From assembly GCA_964234715.1 (NCBI GenBank), contig OZ174282.1: a stretch of 64,000 nt of DNA, one strand, 5' to 3'. Position numbers and translations under genes: made by a program. Origin of the DNA: Podarcis melisellensis. Lineage: Eukaryota. The notes under the pieces were generated by a model. That model saw nothing but the letters and a program-made list of their open reading frames with translations. It was not told the DNA's origin and did not search any database. Position 1 is the first letter of the stretch; each line of letters starts with the position of its first letter. Of the stretch, positions 13,801 to 28,100 are shown in pieces.

Positions 13801-16111
13801 GTCCCATGACCCCCCCAAAAAACACACACGTAAAACACAGAGAAATAAAGCAAGCATCAACTCCCCGCAAAAGACAGAGGCTGCAGCACCACCAAACAAG
13901 CAAAAACAAAAAGAAACCTCTAAATGTTGTAAATTGAGAAGTCTTGGGGCAGGGGGTCCGGGACAGTCACTAGGTGAGGAGACTGAAGGTGCCATGGTGT
14001 ATGGGCTCCTCCAGGGCTCCTCTGTTCTCAGAGTGTTTGTGCCCGCACCACACTTCCTTTTTATGAGGCCACAGCCTTGTCATGAATAAAAGAGCCTGGC
14101 TTCAATCCAGAATACTTCATTCCCCAAAGTTGCAACCAAGCTTCTAGATCTCATGGTTTCTAAGAGAGGAAGGCTCTGGGAGTCGGTGGAAGGGGCTCGG
14201 GCCTTTTCTACACCTCCCAGTGCTGTTGAGAACATAAGAGCCTGGATGCCAGATCAGACCAAAGGTCCTTCTAGTCCTTTTCCCACCCACTGTGGCCAAC
14301 CAGATGCCCCAGTGGGGAGCCCTCAATCAAGACCTGAGTGCTGCCCGGGCGCCTGTGCCCTGCCTGCCGTCACGGCCTCACAAGTTGGGGCAGAGAGCTT
14401 AACTGGCATGAGTAGTGTGGAGGTTTGGAACAATCTGATCAGTTCTGCCAGACAGCGTTCGCCTCCTGTCAAATAAATCTTGCTTTTTATTAGATGCAAT
14501 AAGTGGAGAGCACCCTCCTCTTCTAGATGAACCTGCAGAACACGGTTTTCCTGAGATTTGCCAGCTTGCCGGGCAACACGCCAGCATCTCTGCCTCACTT
14601 TCTTTGGCACCTTTGGGCTGGAGGTTTGCCCTAGGATTGGCTCTAATAGAGGGAGCTGTGGGCACCTGGAGAGTGCGTGGTCTCACCTGCTGGGCTCTCC
14701 TGAGACAATTGCCAGCGGTTGCTGCAAACACCTGATAATGATCTCATGCTCTGTTTGCAGCTCAGGCAGAGTCCTTGGGGACCCCTTCTTCCTGCTAGCA
14801 ATGCTGCCTTCCCTTATGTCATCCTTTGCCACAGGGATGCGGGGGGAGGCTTGGGCCAGCGCCTGGCAATAGTCTTTATCCCCTTGTGGCAACCCAGTCT
14901 ATTTTAGGTCCAAACGTAAGAGGTAGCTTGTGAGGTTTTTGTTTTATACGGTGAATGACTTACTCTGTGACTGCAGCCATGCTGTGTACTGCTGCATTTC
15001 TCTTCTCTCCAAAGAATCTGGTCTGTTTTGGAGAATCCCAGGTTTCGTTTACATTAAGGAACAAGTTTCTAGTCCACGTGAACCTCACAGCCGGCTCTCG
15101 CCCGAGTCTCCCCATATTCCTTGAGTCACGCATTCCTTTCCACTGCTTTTCCACTGTTTGGCATTGGGACAGCAGCCACGTGGCCCACCAGCCAAGGGTG
15201 GAGAGACTGCACTGAGCATGATTTAGGAAGCCTCCTGTTCCCCTCACAGGGCTACAGAGCAGGTTTAACAGTCAATCCCTCTTCCCACAGAACCCCCTGG
15301 AATTGTAACCTGTGAGGGGAATAGAAGTCTCAGTACCCTTAACAAACTACAGTTCCCAGGATTATTTGAGGGAGGCCAGGACTCTTTAAAGTGATATCAT
15401 AGTGCTTTAACTGTATGGTGCAGACAGGGCCTGGGTGAGTCAGACAGTTCGTATTGTCTCTTCACTGACTGGCAGTGGCTCTTTGGGGTGACGAACCAGT
15501 CCAGACTTTGGGCTGCACAGGGTTCTTTCAGGGCAGGGACAACACAGGCGTGGCAGCCCCAGGCGCCCTCCTTGCTCTGGTTTAGAGGATGGGAGTCTCC
15601 CCAAACACAGAGGGAGAGGTTAGAGCCATTTATAATGGGAGTAGGTGGGGTGAAAGTGTACAAGGAGGGACCTCCCACCCATCTCGTGCACAGATGACAC
15701 ACAGCCGCCTGCCTGCCTCCTCCTCTTCCACTCCCCCTTTTGCTGCTGGGCACCCGGAAGGCGGAGCTGGGCACCCAGCCTGGCTCCAAATGGAGGCACG
15801 CCGCTCTAATCCCTCTCCCTCCAGTGGTGCGTGTCAGCACATTCTGCTGATTCACGACAAAGCCACTGATTACAGGGCCGGGCTCCGTAATTGCCTGGCT
15901 GGGGTGCTTGGCTGAATGAGACCCATCCTGCCAGCTCTGTTGCAAAGGCCTTGCTCAGTGCTTGAAATGCCCGAGTTGGCAGGACAGTTTTGCTGAGCTG
16001 ATGCCATGTGGGTCAGTGGGTGGTGGCTGCTTTTTTCCTTGCTGCATTTCCATGTGAGTAATCTGTTGGGGGCTGCATGCCAGCAGTTGGTGCAGCCACC
16101 CCCTTTCCTCC

Positions 16112-16167
<56 letters not shown>

Positions 16168-19100
16168 CTGGCACCAATAACTCTCTCTTCCCTCCTCTNN
16201 NNNNNNNNNNNNNNNNNNNNNNNNNNNNNNNNNNNNNNNNNNNNNNNNNNNNNNNNNNNNNNNNNNNNNNNNNNNNNNNNNNNNNNNNNNNNNNNNNNNN
16301 NNNNNNNNNNNNNNNNNNNNNNNNNNNNNNNNNNNNNNNNNNNNNNNNNNNNTCTGCCCCCTTCCTCTCCTCCTGCCCACCTAGCAGGCTGCCCAAGGAG
16401 GGATGGCTTGCTTTCTCCAGAGGTCTGAACTGGTTGCTCACACTGGGCTTTGGAATCACTCCTCTGGTCGCAAGTAGCCCCTTCCTCTCTCTGTTGGGAA
16501 GCCTGCAGCTGTTCTTAGCAACAGCCCCTGAGACTGCCTCACAGGACTATTCCTCCTAGCAGAGAGGAAACTGTGGAATGCGCTTGTAGGCCAGCAGCCT
16601 TTAAACTGCCTTCTGGGGAGTCTTGGGGATCCCCAATATCTTATCTGGGGGTTGCATATGGCAATGGCAGACGAAATCTTCCCCAAGAGACAGCCTGTCC
16701 TCTGTTGTCGGCCTTCCCCTGGAATGCACAGGCATGGAGGAGCCCTGGGGGTGTGTTAGGGCGTATTCATTTCACGGTGGTACAGCCCAGTAGCCTTTCA
16801 CCAGCACACCTTGCTGTGCGCCCTAGAGCATGTGCCAGAGTCATAGAATCATAGGATCTTGGGGTCATCTAGTCCATCCCCCTGCAATGGGCCCATCCTG
16901 CACGACCTTCCAGGTTCCAGCATCTTGCTCAGTCAGGCCAAAGGTCCATCTGGCCCAGTAGGCTGCCTTCCAACAATGGCCAACTGATACTTCCAGGAAG
17001 CTTGCAAGCAGAACATGCGTATAGGCAACTGCTCTCCTCTGTGATTTGCTCACAGCCTTTGCTCTTGTGTGGTATACTGCCCCTGCGCCTGGAGGTTCAG
17101 TGTTGTTATCAGTCATTGGAAGAAAACAGGAACATTTAGCAGACAGTTTGTGCGATGCAAGAAGAACATTTTTCTCATGAACATGTGCAGATGGTTCTGC
17201 AGTGCTATCTGAGCAATCTAGAGAGGAACCACTCAGAAGCACATATTTTTAGGTAATGTAAGAATCAGTCTAAGTAGCTTTAGGCAATTCCAACTCAGCC
17301 CTCAGCTTGCCAATGAGGCTATTGTCCTACTTTACAAAAATGTTGTACAAATTGCAGCAGAGGTGGGCCCTTGCAGTTCTCAGCCTGATTTCATGCTGAG
17401 GGAGAGGAGAAGGGAAGCAGGGGAATGAACAGCGGAAAGCCAAAGTGGATGGGGGGGGGGGAAAGCCCTATGCAAGTGATCATTTCAGTCTTTGGGTAAA
17501 AGTGATCCAGGGATGGGGAGGGGAGAAGAGGATGTCTGTGGGAGAAAGAAGATAGCAGAAAGAGAGCGAGAGAAAGGGGGTGTGAGAGGGAGAGATGGAG
17601 GGGATGGGAAAAGAGAAAGAACCAGGAGAGGAGGATGTTAGAACGAGAGAACAAGGGGGTGTCAGAAAGAGAGAGCCAGAGAAGGCCCCCCTGGCTTGCT
17701 TCGACTCTTGCTGGCTTGCAGGTCCTCCATGGGCAACAGGCTCCTGGCCCCTGCATTAGAACAAGCCGGAGAATGCGGAGGGCTTTAAACACCTCGCATG
17801 AGAGACCTGCACACTCAGTATTGGTGATCAGCTGTGAAAGCAACACAGAAGGAAGGCACAGAGCATTACTGCTCTGCAGCACTGGAAATATGACAAATGG
17901 TACCAAATCCTGTGCGGTACCAGCACACTATTCAAGCCATCTGCTCCACCAGGTATTTGGACTTGGTCCCCCCTCCCCCCACCCCCAGCACCTGCCAGCC
18001 TTAATGATAGCTCCATTCCCTGGCTAGACACACTGAGGATCTGTCAGTGTATATTTTGGCAGCGCCTGTCTATCTTGTTCGGATATTTTTCTGAAGTCTT
18101 CTTGTAATTGAATCTGAGTGGAGCAGGAGCTGGAGCCAAGGCCCAGGAAAGCAAATTCAGGCCTGCCTTTTCTGGCCCTTGCACTGAATAAATTCGGTAC
18201 GTTGATGGCCCAGTTCTGGGCCGATGGATGGCCAGAGGCTGCCAAGGGCACCTGCCCTGACAGAAACAGAAAAGAGGTGGCAATGAGCCACACACATTCT
18301 CCCTGCCTTGTCTTCCCTATTAGTTTTGAGAGTAATATTTCTTCTTTCTAAAATGGGAAACACCCAGGAACGTAAAACTCTTTGTGGGGAGCCTTGCCCA
18401 TTACCTTGTATGCTCAGTGGTAAGGCAAGGGCATTCTGCATATGCTCAGATATGCTTCCTCTTCCAGGGAAGCGGAACTTCTTTCAGCCCAACCAAGGGC
18501 CGCATTCCTTTCTGGGCAGCTTTTCAGGGGCCACACAGCGGTGGTGGGCGGGGCCAGAGGCAAAAGTGGGTGGAGTAGGCTGGTTTCTACCTGCACACAC
18601 ATGGCCCTCTGTCATTCAGCCACAGAAGCCGTATCAAGAGTGCTAAGGCACTTTCCAGTCAGGCAAAAGTGTGAGGACGAAGTGAAGGGGCAGCAGAGGC
18701 TGCACAGAGAGGCATGGAGGGTTCTGGGCTAAGCCTGGCTCAGCTCACGCCTGCCTGAGGTTGCAGTTCTTGGCTTGCCTAGCTGCCAGCCCCCTTCTCT
18801 TGTGCAAGGTGGTCCCTGTCCATAGATGAAGGCCTTAGTGCAGTTCTCCCAAACAACCAGCAAATTAGTCTCTTTACAGCCAGAGTTGGGGGCTGGAAAC
18901 TGCTGGTTTTGTGGCAAGGAATGATGAAGCGGCCCTATTAGATCACTTCCGCTAGGATGCTGGATGATATCATTTGGAGCTCAACACCCCCCCTGTGATA
19001 AGCTGGAGATCCAAAAGAAAGGGAGTCTTTGGAGCAGAATGCTGATCTGGATCTGCATTTGAAATACATAACAGCATTTGTAGCTCTGGCAAGCAGCCCC

Positions 19101-22100
19101 AAGCAAAGAAAGGCAGCGCTGGCTGCTCAACAACAGCACTTGCCAGCCTCCCCCAACCTGGCGCCCTCCAAATGACTGTGACCCCCATTGGCTCTGACAC
19201 GCTGGCTTCTTCCTTGCTGATCCAGAGCTGGAGAATGCCTGCAGTTGTCTTACGAGGGCGGGGCAAGAGGAACCATTGCTGTGGGCGCGACCAAGGGCAG
19301 GACACCAAATGGGTGTTGTCAGAGACCATGGAACCAATCTGACGGTTTTCAAAATAAATGTTAAATGACGCTGTGGGTTTTCCTTTTCCTTTTTAGGGTG
19401 GCATAATTAAGCATGCTTTAGATGAAAAAGCCAGATGCTGCCTTGCTCTGGGGCTTTTGGGGGCAGCCAGGATGGCACCATTGCAGCTCCCCTCCTTGGC
19501 CCTGCGCCTGCAGCCTGACACAGCTCAGCGCGTTCAGTCGCTGAACACTGCTGGGGGGGAGGAGAAAGCAGGGGGCTCTGCAACAAGGGCTGGAAGAAGC
19601 CTGCAGATTTTCTGCACAACAGCTTCGGAGCTGGGCAAACTTGGCATTTGGGGAGCAGCTTTCCTTAAGGATCCCCAGCTAGTTTCCACTTGCCCCAGTG
19701 GCAGTTTGTGTGGCCGGCATGATAAGAATTGTGAGTGTGCTTGAGGTGCACACATGATGAGAGAATCTCCATTTGGGGGCTTCCAGAACCTTCCATGTCC
19801 CCCCTCGGCTTTCTCTTCCCAGGGAGTTGGGAAGGCTTCCTTCCCAGCCTCTCCTGCTGAGGGAAAAGGGGCTGATTGAAGCCAGGCGTTTGGGGCTTTT
19901 GATCAGGCGGCGTGTTGTGGCAGCTCCAAGGCCTAATCGCTCCCAGATGCCTGACCTCTGCAGCGTCTTTGGGTGCTGGGCAAATTGCAGATGCTGGATT
20001 TGGAAGCGCCAGGAAATGGGGAGGGGGGGCGCCGAGCGCTGTGCAGAAAGATTGCTGAGGGAGCTGAGCCAAGAAGCGACAGTAGTTGCTACTGCGGAGG
20101 CAGGTTTCCTGGGGTGGTTTGGAAGGGCCCCATTTGGATCCGGCCACTGGCCGGGGGGGGGGGGGGGGAGGAGCCCACCTTCTTCAGGCAACCTGGTTGC
20201 TTGTTTGGATGACTGTGCCTTGCCCAGACCCAGGCTGGACGAAGCAACAGCACAGCTGCCCCTAACCCTTTGCCTCGGGGGCTTTGCTTTCTCTCTGGTA
20301 AAATGTCAGCGTCCTCTCTGGGCTGAAGTTCACATCTTGCATTTTGACACCTAGGTGTGAAATGTCTCATTGTCTAGTCATCTGGATGTGCCAAATTTTA
20401 ACTTTCTGAGTGGCTTCGAAGTGTCATCAGCATCATTTCCCACCATTTCTGGGTCTTGTGCATGCAACAGGTTTCAGCTTTCTGGCTGGCGTGGAAACAG
20501 CATAACTACATATATAGCAAGGGTGTGGAGCCTTCTTCTGCCCAAGGGCCACATTCCCTTTTGGGCGATCCTCCAAAGGCCACATGCCCGTATGGTGGGC
20601 GCGGTTTGAGTCACAAGTGGCCACAGCAGTTGCTACCTCTTCCCTCCTCCGCCTGCTTTCCTTCACTGTTGTGTCTGCCCAAAGTCACTTAGCAGGACTG
20701 GAGAAGGCAGGTGCAGCGCTTGGCTGGGCCTCTCCCCACCTGCCCCGTCTCCTCACGCCAAGCAGCCAGCAATGCCTGGAGACCCAGCATGTGGCTCCCC
20801 CCACCCTCCAGCACTGCTGGAGTGCCAACCATATCCTGATGCGTTACAAACTCCCCTGGGGGATCTGCTCTCCGCCACACAGAGGGCTGCCTCTTTGGCG
20901 AACAAAGCGCTGCTCTCAAGGCCTGAGCCGGCTGGGGAAAGGGTTCTCTGTCTCTGGTTACACTCTGGATATCCCAGACAATGGTCCTTTGATCAGGTCT
21001 GGCAGGCAGGAGCAGGGCTGCAGAGGCCTCCTCCAGGTGGGGTGTTTTCCATGGATTCCAGCTGCTTCTTTGCGTGTGTGGGGGGGGGGGCGCCAGTGTG
21101 CCCCTCTGCCCCTCTGGGAGCCCTTTTGACAAACTTACTTTTCCTACAGCTGCCCCCAGGGCAATGGGGACGTGCAGTAGACCCGTGACAAACTCTGCTT
21201 CCAGGTCATTTGCACTCCACTCCACCGTCCTGACTAACTAGATCTTATGAACTTGGTCACCTTGTAAACTTTACAAGGTAGAGCCTCTGGCCAGCTCTCC
21301 TAATAGCTTGTGGCTTATAATGGCACTGTTGTACCACCGTCAGCTTAAAAAAAGGAGAGAGAAAGATGTCCTACCTCCAGCCCAGCTCTGCCCCCTCTTT
21401 GTTCTCTCCCAAGACTGAGCACTAGGCCAGGAAGCAGAGCCTGGCTTCTGGATCAGGCCCAAGGCCCATCTAGTCCAGCATCCTGTTCTCACAGTGGCCA
21501 GACAGAAGTACCAGTGGGGATGCCGCAAGCAGGACCTGAGTGCAGCTGCCCTCTTCCCGCCTGGGAGTCCCAGCCACAGATATTCAGAGGCATCCCATTC
21601 ATTCAGAGATGGAGCAGCAACCATCCAGAGCCATGAACCACTGACAGCTCCGTCTTCCATTCTCCTTTTGGAGCCACCCAAGCTAGTAGCCGTTGCTGTG
21701 TCTTCTGGGAGCAAATCTTGGATTGGGAATTACACCAGCCTTCCCCAAGCTGGGGCCTCCAGGCGGCATACACTGCTCTGCAGCCTGTGCTGCCTGCCTG
21801 TGCTTGGGGCTGCTTGCCAGATCTATCACACCTGTCAGTCAGTGTGTTTGTGGGTGTCCGAATCAGTACTCCACCGCAAGCACGCTTGTCCCCCTTTCTT
21901 TTGCCCATCTGGCTTATCACAGGGGGCGATGAGGTCCAAATGATATCACCCAGCCTTCTGGTAGAAGTGATCTAATAGGCGCTGCTTCATTCTGCTTTGC
22001 CATGAAAACAGCTGTTTTTAGTCCCCAGCTCTGGCTCTGTAGCTTCCGGTGGCTTATAGAGAGACTAATTTGCTAATCACTGAGCAGGGGAATGGAAGCG

Positions 22101-25100
22101 ATTTTGTAGGATTAACCTTCCCTGTGCTCGTATAGTGGAGCTCAGCGATGTCCCCGGCCATGCTGGTGACTGAGGCTTGCAGGATTACCCTCTCAAAGAG
22201 CGATGCCAGTTTGTTCATGGGCCACCATTGTGCTGCTATCTTTCCCAGGAGCCTCTGCTCCTGGTCTTCCCGTCATTTGTGGGATGAGTGCCCTGCATCT
22301 GTGCAACAGAATGCGCTGAGACCTTAATCCCCAAATGCAGATTTTTGCTTTTCCCACTCTGATGACTTAAAGACTTTTGACCTGGTCATCACTCAAGGGA
22401 AAGGGTTAACCTGTGCTCCCTGGAGTCTGTGTCATGCACTGCAGCCAAGTCAGAGGGGTTCTTCCGCCCCCTTAAGCAATTCTGCCTTGTCCTGCAGAGT
22501 GTTTTTAATTCCTTTGAATCGGATGTAGCTTGACTTACGGAAGCAGCAGCATATGAAAGCGTGGTTTTCTAAATGCGAGGTTTGTGGGGTGCTGTTTCAA
22601 ATGAACCATGCTTAACATTGAGAAAGGGAGGGAGGAGAGGCAGAGGGTGTTATTGTTTCCTCAGACTGGCTCTTGGCTTGCAAATCATGCTTTGCCTTTA
22701 CCACTTAGGTGCCAGCTCTTCGCCCAGGGATCAGGTGGTGGTGATTTATTTCATTCATGTATTTCAAAGCAATTCTATCAAAACAGTTACTTATATTAAA
22801 AANNNNNNNNNNNNNNNNNNNNNNNNNNNNNNNNNNNNNNNNNNNNNNNNNNNNNNNNNNNNNNNNNNNNNNNNNNNNNNNNNNNNNNNNNNNNNNNNNN
22901 NNNNNNNNNNNNNNNNNNNNNNNNNNNNNNNNNNNNNNNNNNNNTGCTAACCTCAGAGGGTGGGCAGAGTGCTTCTGCACTCCTGTTCAGCTTGCAGGCT
23001 TCTCACAGGCATCTTGTTGGCCACCCTGAGAACAGGATGCTGGGCTTGAGGGGCCATTGGCCTGATCCAGCAGGCTCACCTTACATTCTTAATGTTTTCC
23101 TTAGATCTCCTTTGGAGAATTGCAGTGACATGATTCCTCAGATTAAAGGAGCTGCTGGATGGCCCTTGCAGCCACCCTAAAAGGGAAAGTGGGCGATCCT
23201 TGGGTCCTCGCAAACCCATGGTAGCTTCTGTGGTTGCTGCACTGCAGATGGTTAGATTACTGTTCTTGCCCTGCACAGCGGTATTCCCTGAACTCCAACA
23301 GTGGAAGCGGTCAGGACTGCTCCTTTCTTATACTCTGGGATACTAGTGCATATGAGTGCACAGCCTCTAGGGCAGCCTTTACCAACCTAATGTTCTCCAG
23401 ATGTTTTGGACTACAACACCTATCCTCTGTGTTGCTGGGGCTGATTGGAGTTGTCACCCAAAATGTCTGGAGGGCACCAGATTGGCAAAGGCAAGAGAGG
23501 GGGAGAGAGAGGTTTTTGCTGCTCAAAATGGCCCAGCCACGCAGGGGAATGATTAATGATGTGCCTGGAAGTGATATCATCTCTGCCCTTCTTGTGATGG
23601 GCCGGTGATGTTCGTGCGCAAGTGCCGCCCCCACAGCGAAACAGTGTTTGCACCTGCTAGCTTCAAAAATAACACGAAAATTGCTATTTATTTCTTTGAA
23701 ATGTGTATCCCCACTTAGAAGTTTGTAACTGGAATTCCAGCAGTGAACATAAATCGTAAAAAGAACTACATTAAATAGAATGGCAATTAAAATCAATCAC
23801 TTGCAGCAGCTGGAACGGGTAGGAATAACGAAAATATTCAAATGCCAGATGGGACATTAAACGACTTGGATGAAAGTTTTTGGCAGACAAAAGAAGCTCC
23901 CTGTTCACCAAGAAGCCTCTTAAACTTCACAGAGATGGTGAATCTGTGGCCCTCCAGATGCAGGACTGCTAGCTGCATCGCTGGAGTTGGAGTCTCAGCA
24001 ACCTTGTGGGGGGGGCACAGATTCCCCATGTTGTTTAACATAGTGGGGTTATCCAGATGTTTGGAGTACATTGTCAGCAGGATGCTGATGACACTCAGCT
24101 CTATTTCTCCTTTACATCTGCAGGTGAGGCAGTGGAAGTGCTGGACCAGTGTCTTGCCTCAGTAATGGACTAGATGAGAGCCAACAAAGTGAAGCTCAAT
24201 CCAGATAAGATGGAGGCGCTGTTAGTGGGGAGTTCCCTAGACCGGATGGCTAGGAGATCGCCTGCTCTTGATGGGATTACACTTTCTCCGAAGGAGCAGG
24301 TTCATAGCTTGGGGGTTCTCCTGGATTCATTGCTGTAAGCTTGAGGCTCAGGTGGCCTCAGTGGCCCAGAGTACCTTCCATCAGCTTCGGCTGGTGGCCC
24401 AGCTATGCCCCTGTCTGGTCAGGGTTAGTCTAACTACTGTTGTCAATGCTCTGATAACCTCAAGGTTAGATTACTGCAGTGTGTTATACATAGGGCTGCC
24501 TCTGAAGACAGTTCGGAAACTGGTGCAGAATTCACTGGTCAGGTTGCTCACTGGAGCAAGACGGTCTGATCACGTTACACCAATCTTGGTCCCACTTCAC
24601 TGGCCACCGATTAGTTTCCTGGTCCAATACCTCAAGGACCACCTTTTTCCATATGAACCTACCCGGACCCTGAGATCATCTTCTGAGCTCTTCTTTGCGT
24701 GCCTCCTCCGAAAGAGGTCCGGAGGTGGCAACACGAGAACAGGGCCTTCTTCAGTGGCTCCCCGTCTCTCCATGGGAAGTTCGCCTGGCACCTTCATTAT
24801 ACACCTTTAGGCAACAGGTTCCTTTTTAACCAGGCCTTTGGTTAATCCGATTTACATCCTATGCCCTTTTAAAATGTTTTTTTTGGGGGGGGGGCTATTG
24901 GGTTGTTGTTTTATATTTTTATTATGGTATTTTGTGGTTTTATATCTTGATTTTATTCTGTGAACCGCCCTGAGACCCCCAGGGTACAGGGCAGTATATT
25001 AAACAAACAAACAAACAAACAAACAACAAACGAATTATTATTATTAAGAAGGTTCAAGTCAGAGACAAAGGCCTTAATTGTAACTTTGCCACTGTGTGCA

Positions 25101-28100
25101 CAATAAATTTAAAGCACCCTCCCCCCAAAAACAGGATAATGGAAACTGGAGTTTGCCCCAGAACTACAATTCCCAGCAGCCTGCAAATTTAAGAACAGTT
25201 TCCAGAGCTTTGGGTGGGGGGGGGGGTGGAAGACTTGCTTTAAATGTGTACACAGCCAACGAAGGCACCTAGCAGGCTTTTCTCTGGGAAAGGCATTCTA
25301 ACAAACAGGCACCACCACCAAAAAGCTCTTGCCTCCTGTCACCATCACCCTTGCCTCTGATGGAAGGGGGGCCCAGAAAAGTTTGTCTGGTGCAAATTCA
25401 GTAAATTGCCAGCTAAGTTATGCACAGAATAGACATATTGAAATTAATAACCCCAAGTTAGTGATGTCCATTAATTTCATGGGTCTACCCAGACACTAGC
25501 AGGGATCCAATGCAACAGTTTCTCTAGTGGATCACACATACCATTGTGTAACAAAGTTATAGAATTGTAGAGTTGGAAGGGACCCCTAGGGTCACCCACT
25601 CCACCTCCCCCCATGCAGGAATCCCAACTGGATTATGCATGATCATACAACTAGTTTCCAGCAACCTCCTTCTGCATTCTCTTGCATATTGCTAGCAGAA
25701 CAAGTATCACGCCACAAGGCTCTGTCCTTGTGCTACATGGGATGTTACACTCTTACGGATTCTTCCTCCAGAAAAGCCCACCTATGTATGGGGGCAGCCC
25801 ATAGGTAGCCTATATGGTGCTGTAATGTTAGGGCCCAAATGCTCAGAGGTGCCTCAGGGGGGCTTCCTGAGGGCTTGCAGCTCAGATTGGTTACTTCAGC
25901 ATAGACAGGATCAAGGCCTTCTTCGTGGTGGCCCTTGAACTGTGGAACTCCCATCTGTACAGACATTTAGGCCAGCACTGGAGACTTGCCTCTTCAGTGC
26001 TGCCTTTTAACTGAGATTTTCATTAGCTTGGGTGTGGCAGAGCAGCGTCTAAAAGTATTCTGCATTCTTGCTAATGAGTCTATTATATCTTTATATCTTC
26101 CATTGTGTGTTCCCTGCTTTGCGAGGGTGTTCCCTGAAAAGCCACTGGGACATATCTCTCTATCTGTCTGTCTACCTCTCTGTTAAGCACAAACAGGACT
26201 GGAATCTGCTGCCAGCAGAGAAGCAAGAATCCTGTTGTCCTCTTTTAACTTTTTAAAACATTGTTCATGTTTAGTTTTTATTATATTGATAACCCACCTT
26301 CCCCCAAGGAGCTCAGGGTGGTATATATGCTTCACTCATTCCCCATTTCATACGACGACACTGCGAGGTAGGTTAGGCAGAGAGATGGCGCCTGACCCTC
26401 GTGGGCCTGAGTGGGGATTTCCCTCCCCGACCCAAGCTCAGCACTCTAACCACTGCACCACACTGACCCCTAACGTTGCCTGCTCTTCCCTTGCAGACCT
26501 GAGGGAAGTGACGAAGCGCTTCTCCAAGATTGGGGTGTTCAACTACACAACACTGACCCTGGCTGACCCCAAAGGGCTGCTTTACGTGGGGGCTCGAGAA
26601 GCCATTTTCGCCCTCCGCACCAACAACATGGAGCTTGAGGAAATGGTGAGTTGCAGATTGGGCTGTCTTGGGAGGTGCTACAAAGATGCATTAATCACAG
26701 AGATGCCTGCCAAATCTGCCTTTCCCAACTGGGTGCCCTCTAGTTTTGGGGACTGCAACTCCCATCAGGCCCAGCACCATATGGCTGTGCTGGTTGGCAC
26801 TGAGGGGAGCTGTAGTCTCATCAGGTTGGGACGGCTGTGCCAAAGATCCATCTCGTTCTTTGACCCGTTTTCTAGCAGTGCTCAAGCAGATGCTTCCAAG
26901 AATCCCCAAGATGGGCATTTGAAGGCCAAGAGTGCCTGCTGTGCTGCTCTTGCTTCCCAGCCATGTTCAGCTATCAGGACTAGCAGCCGTTGGGTGTCCT
27001 GGCATAGCAAGCAGCCTTGTAGAAAGCCAGGCCTCTTGCCCACCTTTTCTCTAAACTAGAAAACTGCAAATGCTGCAGCCTTGACTCCCAGGGAAGTTGC
27101 TCCACCCCCTTGATTGTTTTGGTCGCTCTTTTCCAACTCTATAACTCCCTTTTAAAATGCTTTTATCATGCTGTTTGTGGCTGTGATTGTGTGACTTTCC
27201 TATTTAGGCAACATAAACCACCCCAAGCCCTTGTGATAGGGTGGGCTTCATAGGATGCTTAAGAATAATTTCTACTTCTTTGCAGATCCATTGGGAGGCT
27301 CCAGCAGAGAAGAAAGCAGAATGTATTCAAAAGGGCAAAAGTAATCAGGTAAGACAGGACATGACCATAACTCAGCCTCCTCCAACCTGGTGCCCTGCAG
27401 CTGCTTTGTACTACAACTCCCATCAGCCCCAGGCAGGACAGCTGTCCTACATGCCACTCAAATCTGAGCCACTTCACATTTTCTTCACTGCAGACTTCTA
27501 GACAAGGAAACAGAGAGGTGCCTCTCATTGCTTTTTCGGGGGTTGTTTTCAAGAGCTGTCCTTAAGAAAACTGAGGATGGTGTCTGAGACCTGCACCCCG
27601 TGGGGATCCTCTTGCCCCATGGATCTCCCACAGAAGGATGGGCCTTTGTCCCTACCGCCAAACGTCTCTTGACAGCGGTGGGCAGGCAAGCGCAATATTG
27701 TCATGGCTTGTCAGGCACCTGCAGTGAGGAACTTGCTGCTCTCCCCATCTGTTACGCCGGGAGAGTATTCAGAGAGGACCCACTTTGAAGCTGAGGGAGA
27801 GCGGCTTGTCCCTAAATGAGTTCATGGTGGAGGTGAGATTTGGATCAGGGATTTCCTGATTCATAGCTCACTGTCCTGGCCATTATGCTACACCATCTTG
27901 GTATCAGTGTGTGCATGGGCCCTTTCCCTGTGAGCCCCCAGGCACCCTGCAGAGAGGGTGGCTGCGTTAGACTTCCCCCTTCCATTGCCCTGCCCCTGGG
28001 AACACTGGTCAGCTCTAGTCGGCTCAGCTTCTCGCCTTTCCTGCTAAGCAAGCAGACCAGGGCTCTCTGCACATCAAATCTCCCCCTGCCGACTTCTCTG

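Noticed and set aside
13926-14138. Possible short solo LTR (TGTTG...AATAAA...GCAACCA)
   Set aside because: No matching TSD and weak terminal inverted repeats.
15955-16559. ORFs spanning the (CT)n repeat and N gap (also 22573-23029)
   Set aside because: Artefacts of microsatellite sequence and assembly gaps.
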